From: a virus
Taxonomy: Duplodnaviria; Caudoviricetes
DNA: 59,595 bases
IMG/VR virus record: IMGVR_UViG_3300027791_003052
Coordinates: 1-59,595 of that record
Direction: 5' to 3' (one strand)
Shown here: positions 36,101-46,000 of the stretch, piece after piece
Position numbering within the stretch: position 1 is the stretch's first letter
Layout: the number at the start of each line of letters is the position of its first letter
Program-made: the position numbers and the translations under genes
Notes under the pieces: model-generated
Told to the model about the DNA's origin: nothing
The model's database searches: none
Seen by the model: the letters and a program-made list of their open reading frames with translations, nothing else

Positions 36101-37282
36101 TTAAATTAAACTTATTTGTTTTGGTTGTTTATAATTTAATTCATTATAAACAAATTTCTGAGATTTTATTATGTCGTAATTTCTTTCAATGTTACGATGA
36201 TTTAACATATAATATTCTCGTAATTCATTTTTACTTATTTTATTTATAATATCCAAATTAGATTTGTATTGTTGTACAATCCCCTCTGGTGTGTTTTTTG
36301 TTGATAGTTCAAATAAATCAGTTGCCATCCAAAATCCTAAGTCTATAAGATATGCATTTATTCCAGAATTTCCAAGTATCAATGGTATATTGTGTGATAA
36401 AAATGGATTCCAAGCCTTTTCACTTAAATGAATTTCCGGTTGATTTACTGTTTCAATTCCGTCTGAACCTATGTGTCTTTCAGTACTACCATGAATAGAT
36501 GTTTCTAAAATACAACTAACATAACTATTCAGACAATATGGAAATGGTGGTATTTGTGGGTTTACATTCCCCTCCATAGATAGTTCAATTGGAGTATCCA
36601 ATATGGTAGGTATGTTTTCCTTTTTCCATTTTTTCAAAGGATCACTCAATATTGAGTCATCATATGTTGAACAAAATGCACTATATGCCAAATACGAACT
36701 TTTATCTAATCCAATATTATGAGTATATTTAAATACCTCAAATCGTTCTTTTTTATCTACACCGATTATCATATTCATTTTCTTCTCTCGAATATTATGC
36801 ATAAATGGTCTGATGATTTCTGGTATACTATCAAAGTATGATTCTTTGGAAGCTCGGTATCTATAATAATTAAAATTGTTTCTAACAGAATTATTTTTAT
36901 TTACCTCAAATCGATTTGAAAAAAAAGTATAATTATTAGTATCGGCATAGGTTTTAAAGTTATCATCATCCACAGCTACCAGTTTTATCCCATATCGTTC
37001 ACCAAGAGTTGTAAGATAGAATTCGATTGATATTCGATCTTCCATCTCTAGATACATAATATCGAACATAATAACATCCATTGGTTTTGGATTTATTTCT
37101 TTAATATGTTGTTCGAATGCATCTTGATATGGAGGTTGTTTTGAATTTAATGTTGCAGATTCTATTGCCTTTTTATCGGAAGATTCCCAATATGTAACAT
37201 CTTTTGGAGATTTAAAATTGATTAAATCATACCAAGCAACATAACCTCCTTTTTTTATATGATGTGTAATTATATAAATCAT
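36101..37282 (-). CDS. Putative glycosyltransferase, GT-B/GT10-like family (divergent copy 4)
   Basis: SYVSCILET, LSEKAWNPF, PLILG, LIDLGF. Confidence 0.55.
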   Translation of the reverse strand: MIYIITHHIKKGGYVAWYDLINFKSPKDVTYWESSDKKAIESATLNSKQPPYQDAFEQHIKEINPKPMDVIMFDIMYLEMEDRISIEFYLTTLGERYGIKLVAVDDDNFKTYADTNNYTFFSNRFEVNKNNSVRNNFNYYRYRASKESYFDSIPEIIRPFMHNIREKKMNMIIGVDKKERFEVFKYTHNIGLDKSSYLAYSAFCSTYDDSILSDPLKKWKKENIPTILDTPIELSMEGNVNPQIPPFPYCLNSYVSCILETSIHGSTERHIGSDGIETVNQPEIHLSEKAWNPFLSHNIPLILGNSGINAYLIDLGFWMATDLFELSTKNTPEGIVQQYKSNLDIINKISKNELREYYMLNHRNIERNYDIIKSQKFVYNELNYKQPKQISLI

Positions 37283-38220
37283 AATCCTTTTAATTTTTGT
37301 GATATAATATCACTAAATCCTGTTTGTTTGGATTCTTTTAATTTATTATTTACTTCTGTGAATCCCATATCAGCTGCATCTTTACCTGTTGGAATAATAT
37401 TTTTTGTAGTAATACCTTGATTTTGGAATTGCATTGTATAATGTAAGGCCTGTCCTTGGGCATCTTCATCTAAAAATATATTTATGGATTTTACTCCCTT
37501 TTTATATATATTTTCATTTAATTTTTTAGGTATAAATTTACCAAGTATAGGAATTGCATTTCGTTTAACTGCCATTGCATCAAATACACCCTCTACTAAA
37601 GTTATAGGCTCATCCCAATTGATTTGGTTTTCAAACATTATAACATTCTTAGAAACAGGTGGATTCTTGTATTTAAATGGTTCATCTGGAAATACAGAAC
37701 GTGCAATAAAGTAATTAATTCTATTATCCATATCATAAGAAGGAATGATAATACGACCTGCATAGTGTCCTCCATCACAATAACCAATGTTATATCTTCT
37801 GATATCTTCTGTACTAAGATTACGTTGTTTTGCGTATTCAGCCACTCTCTTGTATGTAGGATTAAACCCAACAGGCACCTTTAGTAATGATTTAAATTCA
37901 CTTGGTAATCTCAGTTCTACCTTTTCATCTTCATTGTTATCGGAATATACAATATAATCATCTCCATAAATTTCATATACCTTCTTTAACTTATGTGAAC
38001 TTACATTGAGTCTTTTTAATAATCGTTGTATTCGTTTTCCCTTTGCATCACATACCCAACAATGCCATTGCTGTGTAGTTAAGTTAATTTGTAATTTTTT
38101 CTTATGGTGATGACAAAATGGACAATGATGTGCTTGTTCATCGTTTTTCATTGATGTACCAATCCCTAAAGTATCATTTAATATATTAATAACCTCTTGT
38201 CTTTCGTGGTGTGAAAGCAT
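37279..38220 (-). CDS. DNA primase (CHC2 zinc finger + TOPRIM)
   Basis: CPFCHHH..WHCWVC; RIIIP; YKNP; VEGVFDA; LDEDA. Confidence 0.9.
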   Translation of the reverse strand: MLSHHERQEVINILNDTLGIGTSMKNDEQAHHCPFCHHHKKKLQINLTTQQWHCWVCDAKGKRIQRLLKRLNVSSHKLKKVYEIYGDDYIVYSDNNEDEKVELRLPSEFKSLLKVPVGFNPTYKRVAEYAKQRNLSTEDIRRYNIGYCDGGHYAGRIIIPSYDMDNRINYFIARSVFPDEPFKYKNPPVSKNVIMFENQINWDEPITLVEGVFDAMAVKRNAIPILGKFIPKKLNENIYKKGVKSINIFLDEDAQGQALHYTMQFQNQGITTKNIIPTGKDAADMGFTEVNNKLKESKQTGFSDIISQKLKGL

Positions 38221-38239
38221 ATTTTATCTTTTAATAATA

Positions 38240-38270
38240 CAAATATACGAAATTAAATCCATATATCCAA
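38240..38270 (-). promoter_or_regulatory. Bacteroidota-type sigma70 promoter (TTG-N20-TATATTTG)
   Basis: -33 TTG at 38270-38268 and -7 TAnnTTTG at 38247-38240, 20-nt spacer, 19 nt before the primase ATG. Confidence 0.7.
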
Positions 38271-38350
38271 GTCTTTTCTTGATTATTTTTATATCCAAAG
38301 AAAAGTTCATTTATTTTTAAATTAACAAACTATTAGTTTGGGTTTATAAA

Positions 38351-38381
38351 CAAATATACGAAATTAATTTGTAATATCCAA
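38351..38381 (-). promoter_or_regulatory. Second Bacteroidota-type promoter (near-duplicate)
   Basis: TTG at 38381-38379 and TATATTTG at 38358-38351, 20-nt spacer; overlaps the 3' end of the GIY-YIG gene. Confidence 0.65.
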
Positions 38382-38828
38382 GTCTTTTCTGAAAAACTTT
38401 CCTAATAAGTTATCGTTTAATGCTAATTCATCAGCTAATACATTATGTGAAAACTGTTCTTGTAACTCATAATAAGTTAAAGATTTCTTATTTCCACAAA
38501 ATTTAAGTATTTTTAATTCAAGTCTATCATTAGCCGTTAGATACGGTCTTCCATCCTTATCAAACCAACCACTAACGATTTTGTTTGAGGAACGATAATC
38601 TACCCAATTAGATTCTTTGGTAACCATTTCATATCGCTTCATTCTTTTATCAGTTAATGCAGCAGTTTCCTTTTTACCAAACTTTCTCTTACGAGTAGAT
38701 TGTACTTGTTTTTTACCGATGTAATATTCACCAGTTAATCCATTTGTTATTTTGTATATAAATCCATGTGTGCCTTCTGGCATATCATGTAGTTCGTTAA
38801 TTATTTTACCTTGGTAAGTCCATGTCAT
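38364..38828 (-). CDS. GIY-YIG family endonuclease
   Basis: GFIYKITN..YYIGKK, NWVDYRSS, LTYYE, NDN; start likely MTWTY at 38828. Confidence 0.8.
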   Translation of the reverse strand: MTWTYQGKIINELHDMPEGTHGFIYKITNGLTGEYYIGKKQVQSTRKRKFGKKETAALTDKRMKRYEMVTKESNWVDYRSSNKIVSGWFDKDGRPYLTANDRLELKILKFCGNKKSLTYYELQEQFSHNVLADELALNDNLLGKFFRKDLDITN

Positions 38829-39384
38829 AGTTAAATATTTTGAAATCATCTTGATATCTTTCTTTTACCCAATCGACCATCCACTCTTCTGTAAAGAAGT
38901 GTTTATAATAATTTTCTTGATTTAAAGTTGGATGTGTATCGTAAATTGGATTACGGTTAAGATGCGGAATAGTTGAAGTACAATTTATTTTATTTAATAT
39001 TTGTGTTACATCGTTCCCATAATTTTCATAATGAGCTACGTATGATATTTTTCTGTGTTTCGTCTTTCCCGCATTAATGTAGTAACTTTGGGGGAGAATC
39101 CATTGATGAAATGGATTTGCTTTTTTTAAAAACTCACCAAATGAATAATTGTGTGCTTTTTTTCTAAGCTCATGATTGTAAGCGGATGCGATTCGTGTGT
39201 ACGGATTTCTTACTATTGTAAAAATATAATAATCGGATACATCATCAACCCATCTTATAGAATCATGTCCTGTAATTTGTTGTGTTCCATCTATTCCCCT
39301 AATAATGGAAGATAGTGATGTTCCACCTGTTTTGGGTATATGAATAAATGCCCATTTTTCAGAACTATTTATCAGTAAACTCAA
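38806..39384 (-). CDS. Sulfotransferase (Sulfotransfer_2-like)
   Basis: 5'-PSB FIHIPKTGGTS, 3'-PB VRNPYTRIASAY, PHLN, YQDDF; TTG start. Confidence 0.85.
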   Translation of the reverse strand: MSLLINSSEKWAFIHIPKTGGTSLSSIIRGIDGTQQITGHDSIRWVDDVSDYYIFTIVRNPYTRIASAYNHELRKKAHNYSFGEFLKKANPFHQWILPQSYYINAGKTKHRKISYVAHYENYGNDVTQILNKINCTSTIPHLNRNPIYDTHPTLNQENYYKHFFTEEWMVDWVKERYQDDFKIFNYDMDLPR

Positions 39385-39393
39385 ATTATTGTT

Positions 39394-39576
39394 TTATCGT
39401 GTAACCGAATCAGAGTATTTTTTCTGGTTTAATGTACCTCCTCTAGCAGTTGCTAAAGCTTTGTCATCCTTATGTAGTTTGTTTCCCATGTCTGCAGATG
39501 TAGGAGTTTTATCCTTGCTACTTCCATTTAACTTTGAAAACTCCGAACCTTTGTATATGTCTTCGATTGATGCCAT
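39394..39576 (-). CDS. Small hypothetical protein (60 aa)
   Basis: In operon order, with short gaps to neighbours. Confidence 0.65.
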   Translation of the reverse strand: MASIEDIYKGSEFSKLNGSSKDKTPTSADMGNKLHKDDKALATARGGTLNQKKYSDSVTR

Positions 39577-39584
39577 AATTATTT

Positions 39585-39782
39585 TTATTCAGATACTATT
39601 TTTAAACATAAGTCATCATCTCCGAGTGCATCGTAAATATCAGTCCCATCTTCATAAGTATCATATTGAAATACACCTTCTAAATCATTATCTTCAGCAT
39701 ATGATTGAACTTGTTCTAATGTTAGTTCCAAGTTATCTGTTACTATTGATTTGTCTTTAGCTAATAATTGATATAATGCCAT
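39585..39782 (-). CDS. Small acidic hypothetical protein (65 aa)
   Basis: Follows the ATATTTATA motif at 39826-39834; in operon order. Confidence 0.65.
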   Translation of the reverse strand: MALYQLLAKDKSIVTDNLELTLEQVQSYAEDNDLEGVFQYDTYEDGTDIYDALGDDDLCLKIVSE

Positions 39783-39825
39783 AATATTTTTCCTTTTTAA
39801 TTTTAGTTTTAATTAAACCTTCACA

Positions 39826-39834
39826 TATAAATAT
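39826..39834 (-). promoter_or_regulatory. ATATTTATA motif
   Basis: Intergenic, upstream of ATG at 39782. Confidence 0.55.
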
Positions 39835-39858
39835 AGAAAACTAAATTAAACCGAATTT

Positions 39859-41046
39859 TTATGTATCTAATCTAACAATAAAGTTCATATCGTAATCTGG
39901 TAAATTCTTTATTGGTTGTGGTAATTTTGCTATTGCAATCATATCACCATCTTTATCATATAACCCAATAGTTGTTATATAAGGAGCTAAATATGAACCA
40001 GTAGGGTCAGTAGAAGACTTATTATCATAATCATCCCATGAACCACTTATTGATTGATTAAACGAACCACTATAAAATTTATTTTGAGTAATATCATTTA
40101 CTACTTTTATTTTTTTAGTTCCAGCTGGAATTGAATTGAATACTTCTGTTATTGGAGTATCATAAGAACCACTTAAATCTACATTAACTGCTGAAGGACT
40201 TTGTGAGTAATTAAACTCTCCTGCTTTTGCTGTTACTAAAACTTCTAATTCATTAATAGTTTTAGTTGATTTAAAATTCATTGAATAATCAGTAAATGGA
40301 GTAATACTATCATTAAATACGACCTGTCCCTCTGAATACATTATATTACCAAATCTTAATTGGTCAATATCCAATCCTCCAAAATCGAGTGCAATTAATG
40401 TTTGAATAGTTCCTCGTTCTAAATCTACCCTCATTATATTGATAGTATCCGTATCACCAGCAAAAGTTAATTTAGCTATTCCTACTTCAAAATCAAATGC
40501 AGCAACACCAGGTGAAGACCACAATGTTCCTACAAATTCACCATCATCGGTATCACTTAGTACCATTGTACCATTTTCTAAATCAATTGATACAAGAGTA
40601 TATTCTGGATTTGTAGATGTAATGTTTCCATACCCATCATCACCAAACTCTACATCATTCGTTAAATCTCTCATTATAAGAGATGTTGGTTTTACACCTT
40701 CTCCATATTTTTTTTGAGGAATTGAGATAACATATCCTGTTGCACCTAAAATCCTTTCAAAAGAATCACCAATAGTTTCCATTCTACCATGTAAAGTAAA
40801 TGGGTTTCCAATATCGGTATAGTATTTTGATTTTAACGATTTAAATAAAGGGTAGGTATATAGTTTTTCAATTGTAATACCATCACTTCCGGTAATTTGT
40901 TGATAATTCGCAGTTTCTTTATCAAATGATTCACCAATTGTAAATGAACCTGAGATTATAGGATAGTCTGTATTGGTAACAGTCCAAGTTTTATTAACTT
41001 GAAATGCTCTGCTGGATACGCTCGATTTTTGTAGTGTCTTTAACAT
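39859..41046 (-). CDS. Baseplate/tail-collar-like structural protein
   Basis: C-terminal PYITTIGLYDKDGDMIAIAKLPQPIK..FIVRLD, paralogous to the adjacent gene; structural-module context. Confidence 0.6.
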   Translation of the reverse strand: MLKTLQKSSVSSRAFQVNKTWTVTNTDYPIISGSFTIGESFDKETANYQQITGSDGITIEKLYTYPLFKSLKSKYYTDIGNPFTLHGRMETIGDSFERILGATGYVISIPQKKYGEGVKPTSLIMRDLTNDVEFGDDGYGNITSTNPEYTLVSIDLENGTMVLSDTDDGEFVGTLWSSPGVAAFDFEVGIAKLTFAGDTDTINIMRVDLERGTIQTLIALDFGGLDIDQLRFGNIMYSEGQVVFNDSITPFTDYSMNFKSTKTINELEVLVTAKAGEFNYSQSPSAVNVDLSGSYDTPITEVFNSIPAGTKKIKVVNDITQNKFYSGSFNQSISGSWDDYDNKSSTDPTGSYLAPYITTIGLYDKDGDMIAIAKLPQPIKNLPDYDMNFIVRLDT

Positions 41047-41064
41047 ATGGTTTTAACTCCTCTA

Positions 41065-41073
41065 TATAAATAT
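41065..41073 (-). promoter_or_regulatory. ATATTTATA motif immediately after a terminator
   Basis: 18 nt upstream of ATG at 41046, followed by GAGGAG. Confidence 0.6.
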
Positions 41074-41081
41074 ACTAAAAC

Positions 41082-41111
41082 AAAAAACCCCACTTTATAG
41101 GTGAGGTTTTT
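41082..41111 (-). terminator. Intrinsic terminator
   Basis: Minus strand AAAACCTCAC-CTATAAA-GTGGGGTTTTTT: hairpin plus U-tract. Confidence 0.75.
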
Positions 41112-41135
41112 ATTTGATTAGGGGGTATTCGTTTT

Positions 41136-42362
41136 TTAGAAATCTAATTTAACTTTAATTAGAACTTCTTTATCGTATGATTTAGGAATCGGTTGTGATG
41201 TTTTAGCCACCGCAATGATTTCATTTGCATCATTTAATAATCCAACTGTTGTGATAAACGTTTTAGGGTCTTTCTCAAATGTTGATTCAGCGAATGAATT
41301 ATCCGAACCAGTTACAAATGTAGGATTGTTAGAGAAGTTAAATTCTCTGTTCGTTGCTCTTATAAAGTAATGTGAAGTAGAAACATTTTCTGTTCTTCTT
41401 GCTTGAAAATCTATACCACCCTTAATAGAGTTGTGTAATAAGAAATGATTTTGTCCTTCACGTGTAGTTCCGTTATAAACAACAGCTCCTGAATTAGAAC
41501 CGCTATCAATTGATGATCCAACTAATGACTCAACTGCAGTTGGGTTAAGAATTACCAAACCTTGGTCTGGATAAAATAAACCAAAACCTCTACCATTGGA
41601 ATCAACCATTGTAGATACTGAAGCTTCAGCTTCTGTTCCTAAGTTTAATGAACCACTTACTACATTAAATACTCTACCAGATTTACCTACTGTATCAGAG
41701 AATTTCTTTCCGCTATCATCAATAAAAGTATGTGTTCCATTAGAACCACTTAATACTAATGACCAGTTTCCTGCATCCATTTTTTCTTTGTAACGTGCAC
41801 GAGCTACATTGATTACATAGATATCATCTGAATCATGTGTCCCAGCTGCTGATGAAGAATAAAATGTAAATTTATCATCATCTTGGTCTAATAATATTGA
41901 TTTGTATTGTGCGTATGTTGCTTTGGATGCTAAAGTAGATGAATCTGATGTTGTTAAATCAACAGAACCACTTGCGTATTTATGTCCATATGCAATTGCG
42001 TATTGTACAGCTGCTCCAACATCACTTGTAGGATTCTTATCATATACATTAACATAGTAGTTTTTAGTTGCTTCTGTTTGTGTAGATGATGTGTAGAAGG
42101 AAGTCATACTTCCAGTATCTCCACTCCATAGACCAGTTGTTACAACTTCTATTTTTCCATTAACTTGATCGAATTCACCAAATCTTTTATAGATACCATT
42201 GGAGATTGAACCTCCCGTTGCACCTAATTTATCACCACCAGATAAATACTGATTGGTGATTTTTAATAATCCGTCTGATGAGAGATTTCCCTGGTTAGCA
42301 TCTAAATAGTTTGCTAACTCTTGGGATAAATTCACTCCTGCTTGTCCTCTTATGTTTGCCAT
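41136..42362 (-). CDS. Baseplate/tail-collar-like structural protein
   Basis: EFNFSNNPTF, TFITTVGLLNDANEIIAVAKTSQPIPK..IKVKLDF. Confidence 0.6.
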   Translation of the reverse strand: MANIRGQAGVNLSQELANYLDANQGNLSSDGLLKITNQYLSGGDKLGATGGSISNGIYKRFGEFDQVNGKIEVVTTGLWSGDTGSMTSFYTSSTQTEATKNYYVNVYDKNPTSDVGAAVQYAIAYGHKYASGSVDLTTSDSSTLASKATYAQYKSILLDQDDDKFTFYSSSAAGTHDSDDIYVINVARARYKEKMDAGNWSLVLSGSNGTHTFIDDSGKKFSDTVGKSGRVFNVVSGSLNLGTEAEASVSTMVDSNGRGFGLFYPDQGLVILNPTAVESLVGSSIDSGSNSGAVVYNGTTREGQNHFLLHNSIKGGIDFQARRTENVSTSHYFIRATNREFNFSNNPTFVTGSDNSFAESTFEKDPKTFITTVGLLNDANEIIAVAKTSQPIPKSYDKEVLIKVKLDF

Positions 42363-42382
42363 TTTATTTTATTCTCCGTTTG

Positions 42383-43012
42383 TTAGCTTGGTTGTATATA
42401 TTTTATTGTTACTGGAATTGATTGTGAACCACCAGTTTCGTTACCATATACAGTTATTGTTGTTTTTATTGATGCCGTTATATTTGGATTAGGAATGAAT
42501 ACAAAATTTAATCCTGTTTCAATAGATGCGGTTGCTGTTATTTCATCACCTAAAAATGCTGGTGATGAACCTGCTCCTGCTGATAATCCTTCTCCAACGA
42601 TAGAACCTGCGTTCTTGTTTGCCAATATCATAGTATAACCACTCTGTCCATTACCACTTGGTGAAGTTGTAGGGGAAAGTTGTACTTTACCTGAATTTTG
42701 GTTTACACTTATCGATGGGATACCAAATTCTACCTTTGGCATCTTAGTTGTTCCTTTTGGCAATGTTACCAATTTATATCTTAATACTTGTGTTTCATCG
42801 GGTGAAGCTTCCGTTATCGGAATTGCTTTGATTGCCGAATCATAATATGCACTTCCTTTTGGATGTGCTGGTTCGTACAATGTGTAATCTACCTCGTCAT
42901 CACCTAAGGCGAATTTGGAGATATTAAGTCCTTCACCTGCTGCCAACTTCTCTCTACCTTTTTTGGTTAAGATAGCATCGACTGTAATTTCTGCGTTATT
43001 TAAATAAGCCAT
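42383..43012 (-). CDS. Baseplate/tail-collar-like structural protein
   Basis: DAILTKKGREKLA..ISKFALGDDEVDY, like tail-collar/fibre N-termini; adjacent to the gp7-like gene. Confidence 0.6.
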   Translation of the reverse strand: MAYLNNAEITVDAILTKKGREKLAAGEGLNISKFALGDDEVDYTLYEPAHPKGSAYYDSAIKAIPITEASPDETQVLRYKLVTLPKGTTKMPKVEFGIPSISVNQNSGKVQLSPTTSPSGNGQSGYTMILANKNAGSIVGEGLSAGAGSSPAFLGDEITATASIETGLNFVFIPNPNITASIKTTITVYGNETGGSQSIPVTIKYIQPS

Positions 43013-43040
43013 AATGTATTTTTCCTCTTGTTATTCAATA

Positions 43041-43049
43041 TATAAATAT
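43041..43049 (-). promoter_or_regulatory. ATATTTATA motif
   Basis: 28 nt upstream of ATG at 43012. Confidence 0.6.
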
Positions 43050-43090
43050 AAGGATTTAATAAAATCCTATAATTTATAAATTATTATTTA

Positions 43091-46000
43091 TCAATCTACT
43101 TCCAATATTGGTTGACCACTTCCTCTTCCACCAGGATTTACTCTTAATGTATTTGGATTCGTTGTGAACGTTTGAACAGGCGAACCACCATCTAAAGTAG
43201 TTAATGATGTTTGTTTTGAACCATTAAAGAAAGAATTTTCCAGTCCTGTTGTTAAATCTGCCACATTTCTGTAATGATATGGTACATACCCATCCAATGG
43301 AACTGCACTTATCGTATTACCAACAACAAGAGATCCACTTTGTGAAAATTCTCTAAAGTTTAGTTTTTTACGATATAATGTTTGTGTTACGAACTCTCTA
43401 CCTTTAGATTCATCATTTGGATCTATGTTTTGTGGAATATCAACGTTATAACTCTCTGTTATAACATCTACTCTTTTTCTTTCTTTTACAAAATTATTAT
43501 CTTTATCTAATCTTGTTATTATCGTATGTCCGTTTTGTGCATATATTGGAAATCCAGCAACTGTTAGTGAATCTACATCCATACCAATTTGATTGAATAC
43601 AGTTGAATCAAATTCTCCAGATTGAGAAGTTTCAAATTGTGCATTAACAGTAATTGAAATTCCACCCATATCCGAACCACTATTTACAGTTATAAATCCA
43701 TATTGGCTTATATCACTACTTGCTACTATTGTACTCGTATATGAATCTTTAGTACCTCCTAATGATGGTGCTATTGACTCTGATACTGTTCCTTCAAAAT
43801 TATTTTTACCACCACTTAGAACCGTAATATCTGATGTAATTAATGTACCTGATATTCCTTCATTTGTAGATTTTACATTAATATCATTTACATCGATTGT
43901 AGATGTATGATTATGTAATGATGCACCAGTAGGTTTTCTATCCACTTTACTTCTTTCAAGTATATGTGGTTCGATTAATATTCCACTTGCCACCTTTGCT
44001 CTTGCTGGTACTAGTGATTCTAATACATCAAATAATGATTTATCTATATATCTAACTAATTGTATATATTCTGATAAGTTTAATTGATATCTTTCAAAAT
44101 AATATTTTCTTAATTTATTTAATTCTGAATATTCTGTGTTATAATCATCAGATGGGTCACCAATATAATCGTCTATTTCAAAACCACCTAATGATTTCAT
44201 AATATCCATATTAATCTCTTTTATAGGAGAGAAAAATAATCCCAATTTATCCGAATCAAGTGGAGCTTGGTCAAATGATTTTTTAGTAGCCCTACTTTTA
44301 TATGATAAATCTAATATTTTAGTTTGAGTTTCAAATCTAACTTTATTTCCACTACTAAATCCACTTGATGGTACTTCTGCCGTTACATCTCTATCATATG
44401 AAACATATTGATGAGGATATTGTGTTATTGAAGTAAAATTAGATGCAGTTGCAAATGAACTATATGTTGTATCTATTGAAACATTCTTAATAGATGTATC
44501 TCCTACCGAACTTCTATCTTTTGGATATTCAAAATCTAATCTGAATATTAAATCTTCAGTAGATGATTTGATGTGATTTCCATTAATAGCTTCTGGTAAT
44601 AATGTATGATTAGAAATAACAGATTCACTCAAAGGAGCAGACCATAATCTAAATTCATCAATAGAACCAGTTAACGTAGAACCACCAATTGTTAATTCAT
44701 GTCCAGTTTCCCATCCATTATTACTACTTGGAACTTTCATAGTACTTGATGTACTATTTCTAATTCTTCCTTGCAATCCTTCTTTTAAATAAACATCAAT
44801 GGTATCTTCACCACTTCCCGTTATTCTGTTAATGGCAATTTGTGTATATTCATCATTAAAGAACGCAACTTGTTCAGTTGAAGAGGATATATAAGTACTA
44901 CCACTTAATATGTTTAATGTTAATTTAGCAAGTGAACCAGATTCAGGATAATCTACATCCAAACTCCATCCAGCCGTACTTATTAATCTTTGGTCTTTTT
45001 TCTGATCTGTATTTAATCTAAATTCTACTGAATCAGGATACTTTTCATTATGAGATTTCCATGGTACTATTATAGAATCACTTCCACTAATATTAATTGC
45101 AGATGTTCTATCCTCGTATGTGAATTGTGTAGTTCTATTTCCAGGTTGTGGTCCACCAAACTCCATTATAGTTAATAATGATTGTGGAATACCATAACAA
45201 CTTAGTGCTGCTGATAACGCCCTTCGTGTACCTTTGTGTTTATGTAAATATGGTAAGTTATTAAGTAATCTTCTCCAAACTTCATTCTGTCTATCTTTAC
45301 CACTCATCTCAGAGGCAATACTACCATCTGAATTTTTACCAAATGCATACTCCCACAAGAATTGTGATTGTACACCCATATCAGCATCCCAACCAAGAGA
45401 TTCTAACATATGATAAATCAATTTATCATTAATTCCGTTTTCGAATTTATGTTCTAATTTTTTAGTTTGTTTGATACCATTAATATGTGCCCACAATATA
45501 TCAAAGTGTTGACCAATCATATCAAAGAATAAAGTAAATGATTGACCTTCTTCATCATTTTGTATATGAGCTGGTAAATTATTAACTAATCTTGATGAAT
45601 TATCTCCATCATGTATTCTTGAAGTTGTTTTTATACTATTATACCAACTGGTTACGGATGAATCATTCGATTCAGATAATGCACTTCCACCAGCTCCAGG
45701 ATATGTCAATCCACTTACTGATGAACTTGTATATAAGAACTTTTCAAATGCATCAAATCCTTTTTTAGAATCATTTATTTTATCAAGAGTTCGTTTAGCT
45801 TCATTTTTAATAGCAACAGAACTTGTAGCAGAACCAGTAATAGTACTCGATACTCCACTTCCTAAATCAATTGAACTACCAGATACTAATCCATTGTATC
45901 TGTTTTCATATGATTGTATTAACTTAACTTTATAATAAAAGTTCTCAACTCGTTCTTCCGCGGAAGAGTATTTTACAAATGAACCCCAATCGATTTCTGA

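Noticed and set aside
36091-36110. Perfect 20-bp palindrome TTTAATTTAATTAAATTAAA (and a 16-bp one at 43069-43084)
   Set aside because: A/T-only and low complexity in an AT-rich genome; no further copies or other support.
38224-38310. 28-codon ORF MNFSLDIKIIKKRLGYMDLISYICIIKR between the two promoters
   Set aside because: Largely made of the duplicated promoter sequence; no independent sign of coding.
38364-38828. Mobile homing endonuclease/intron
   Set aside because: Short catalytic-only GIY-YIG with no DNA-binding tail, and neighbouring genes are not interrupted.
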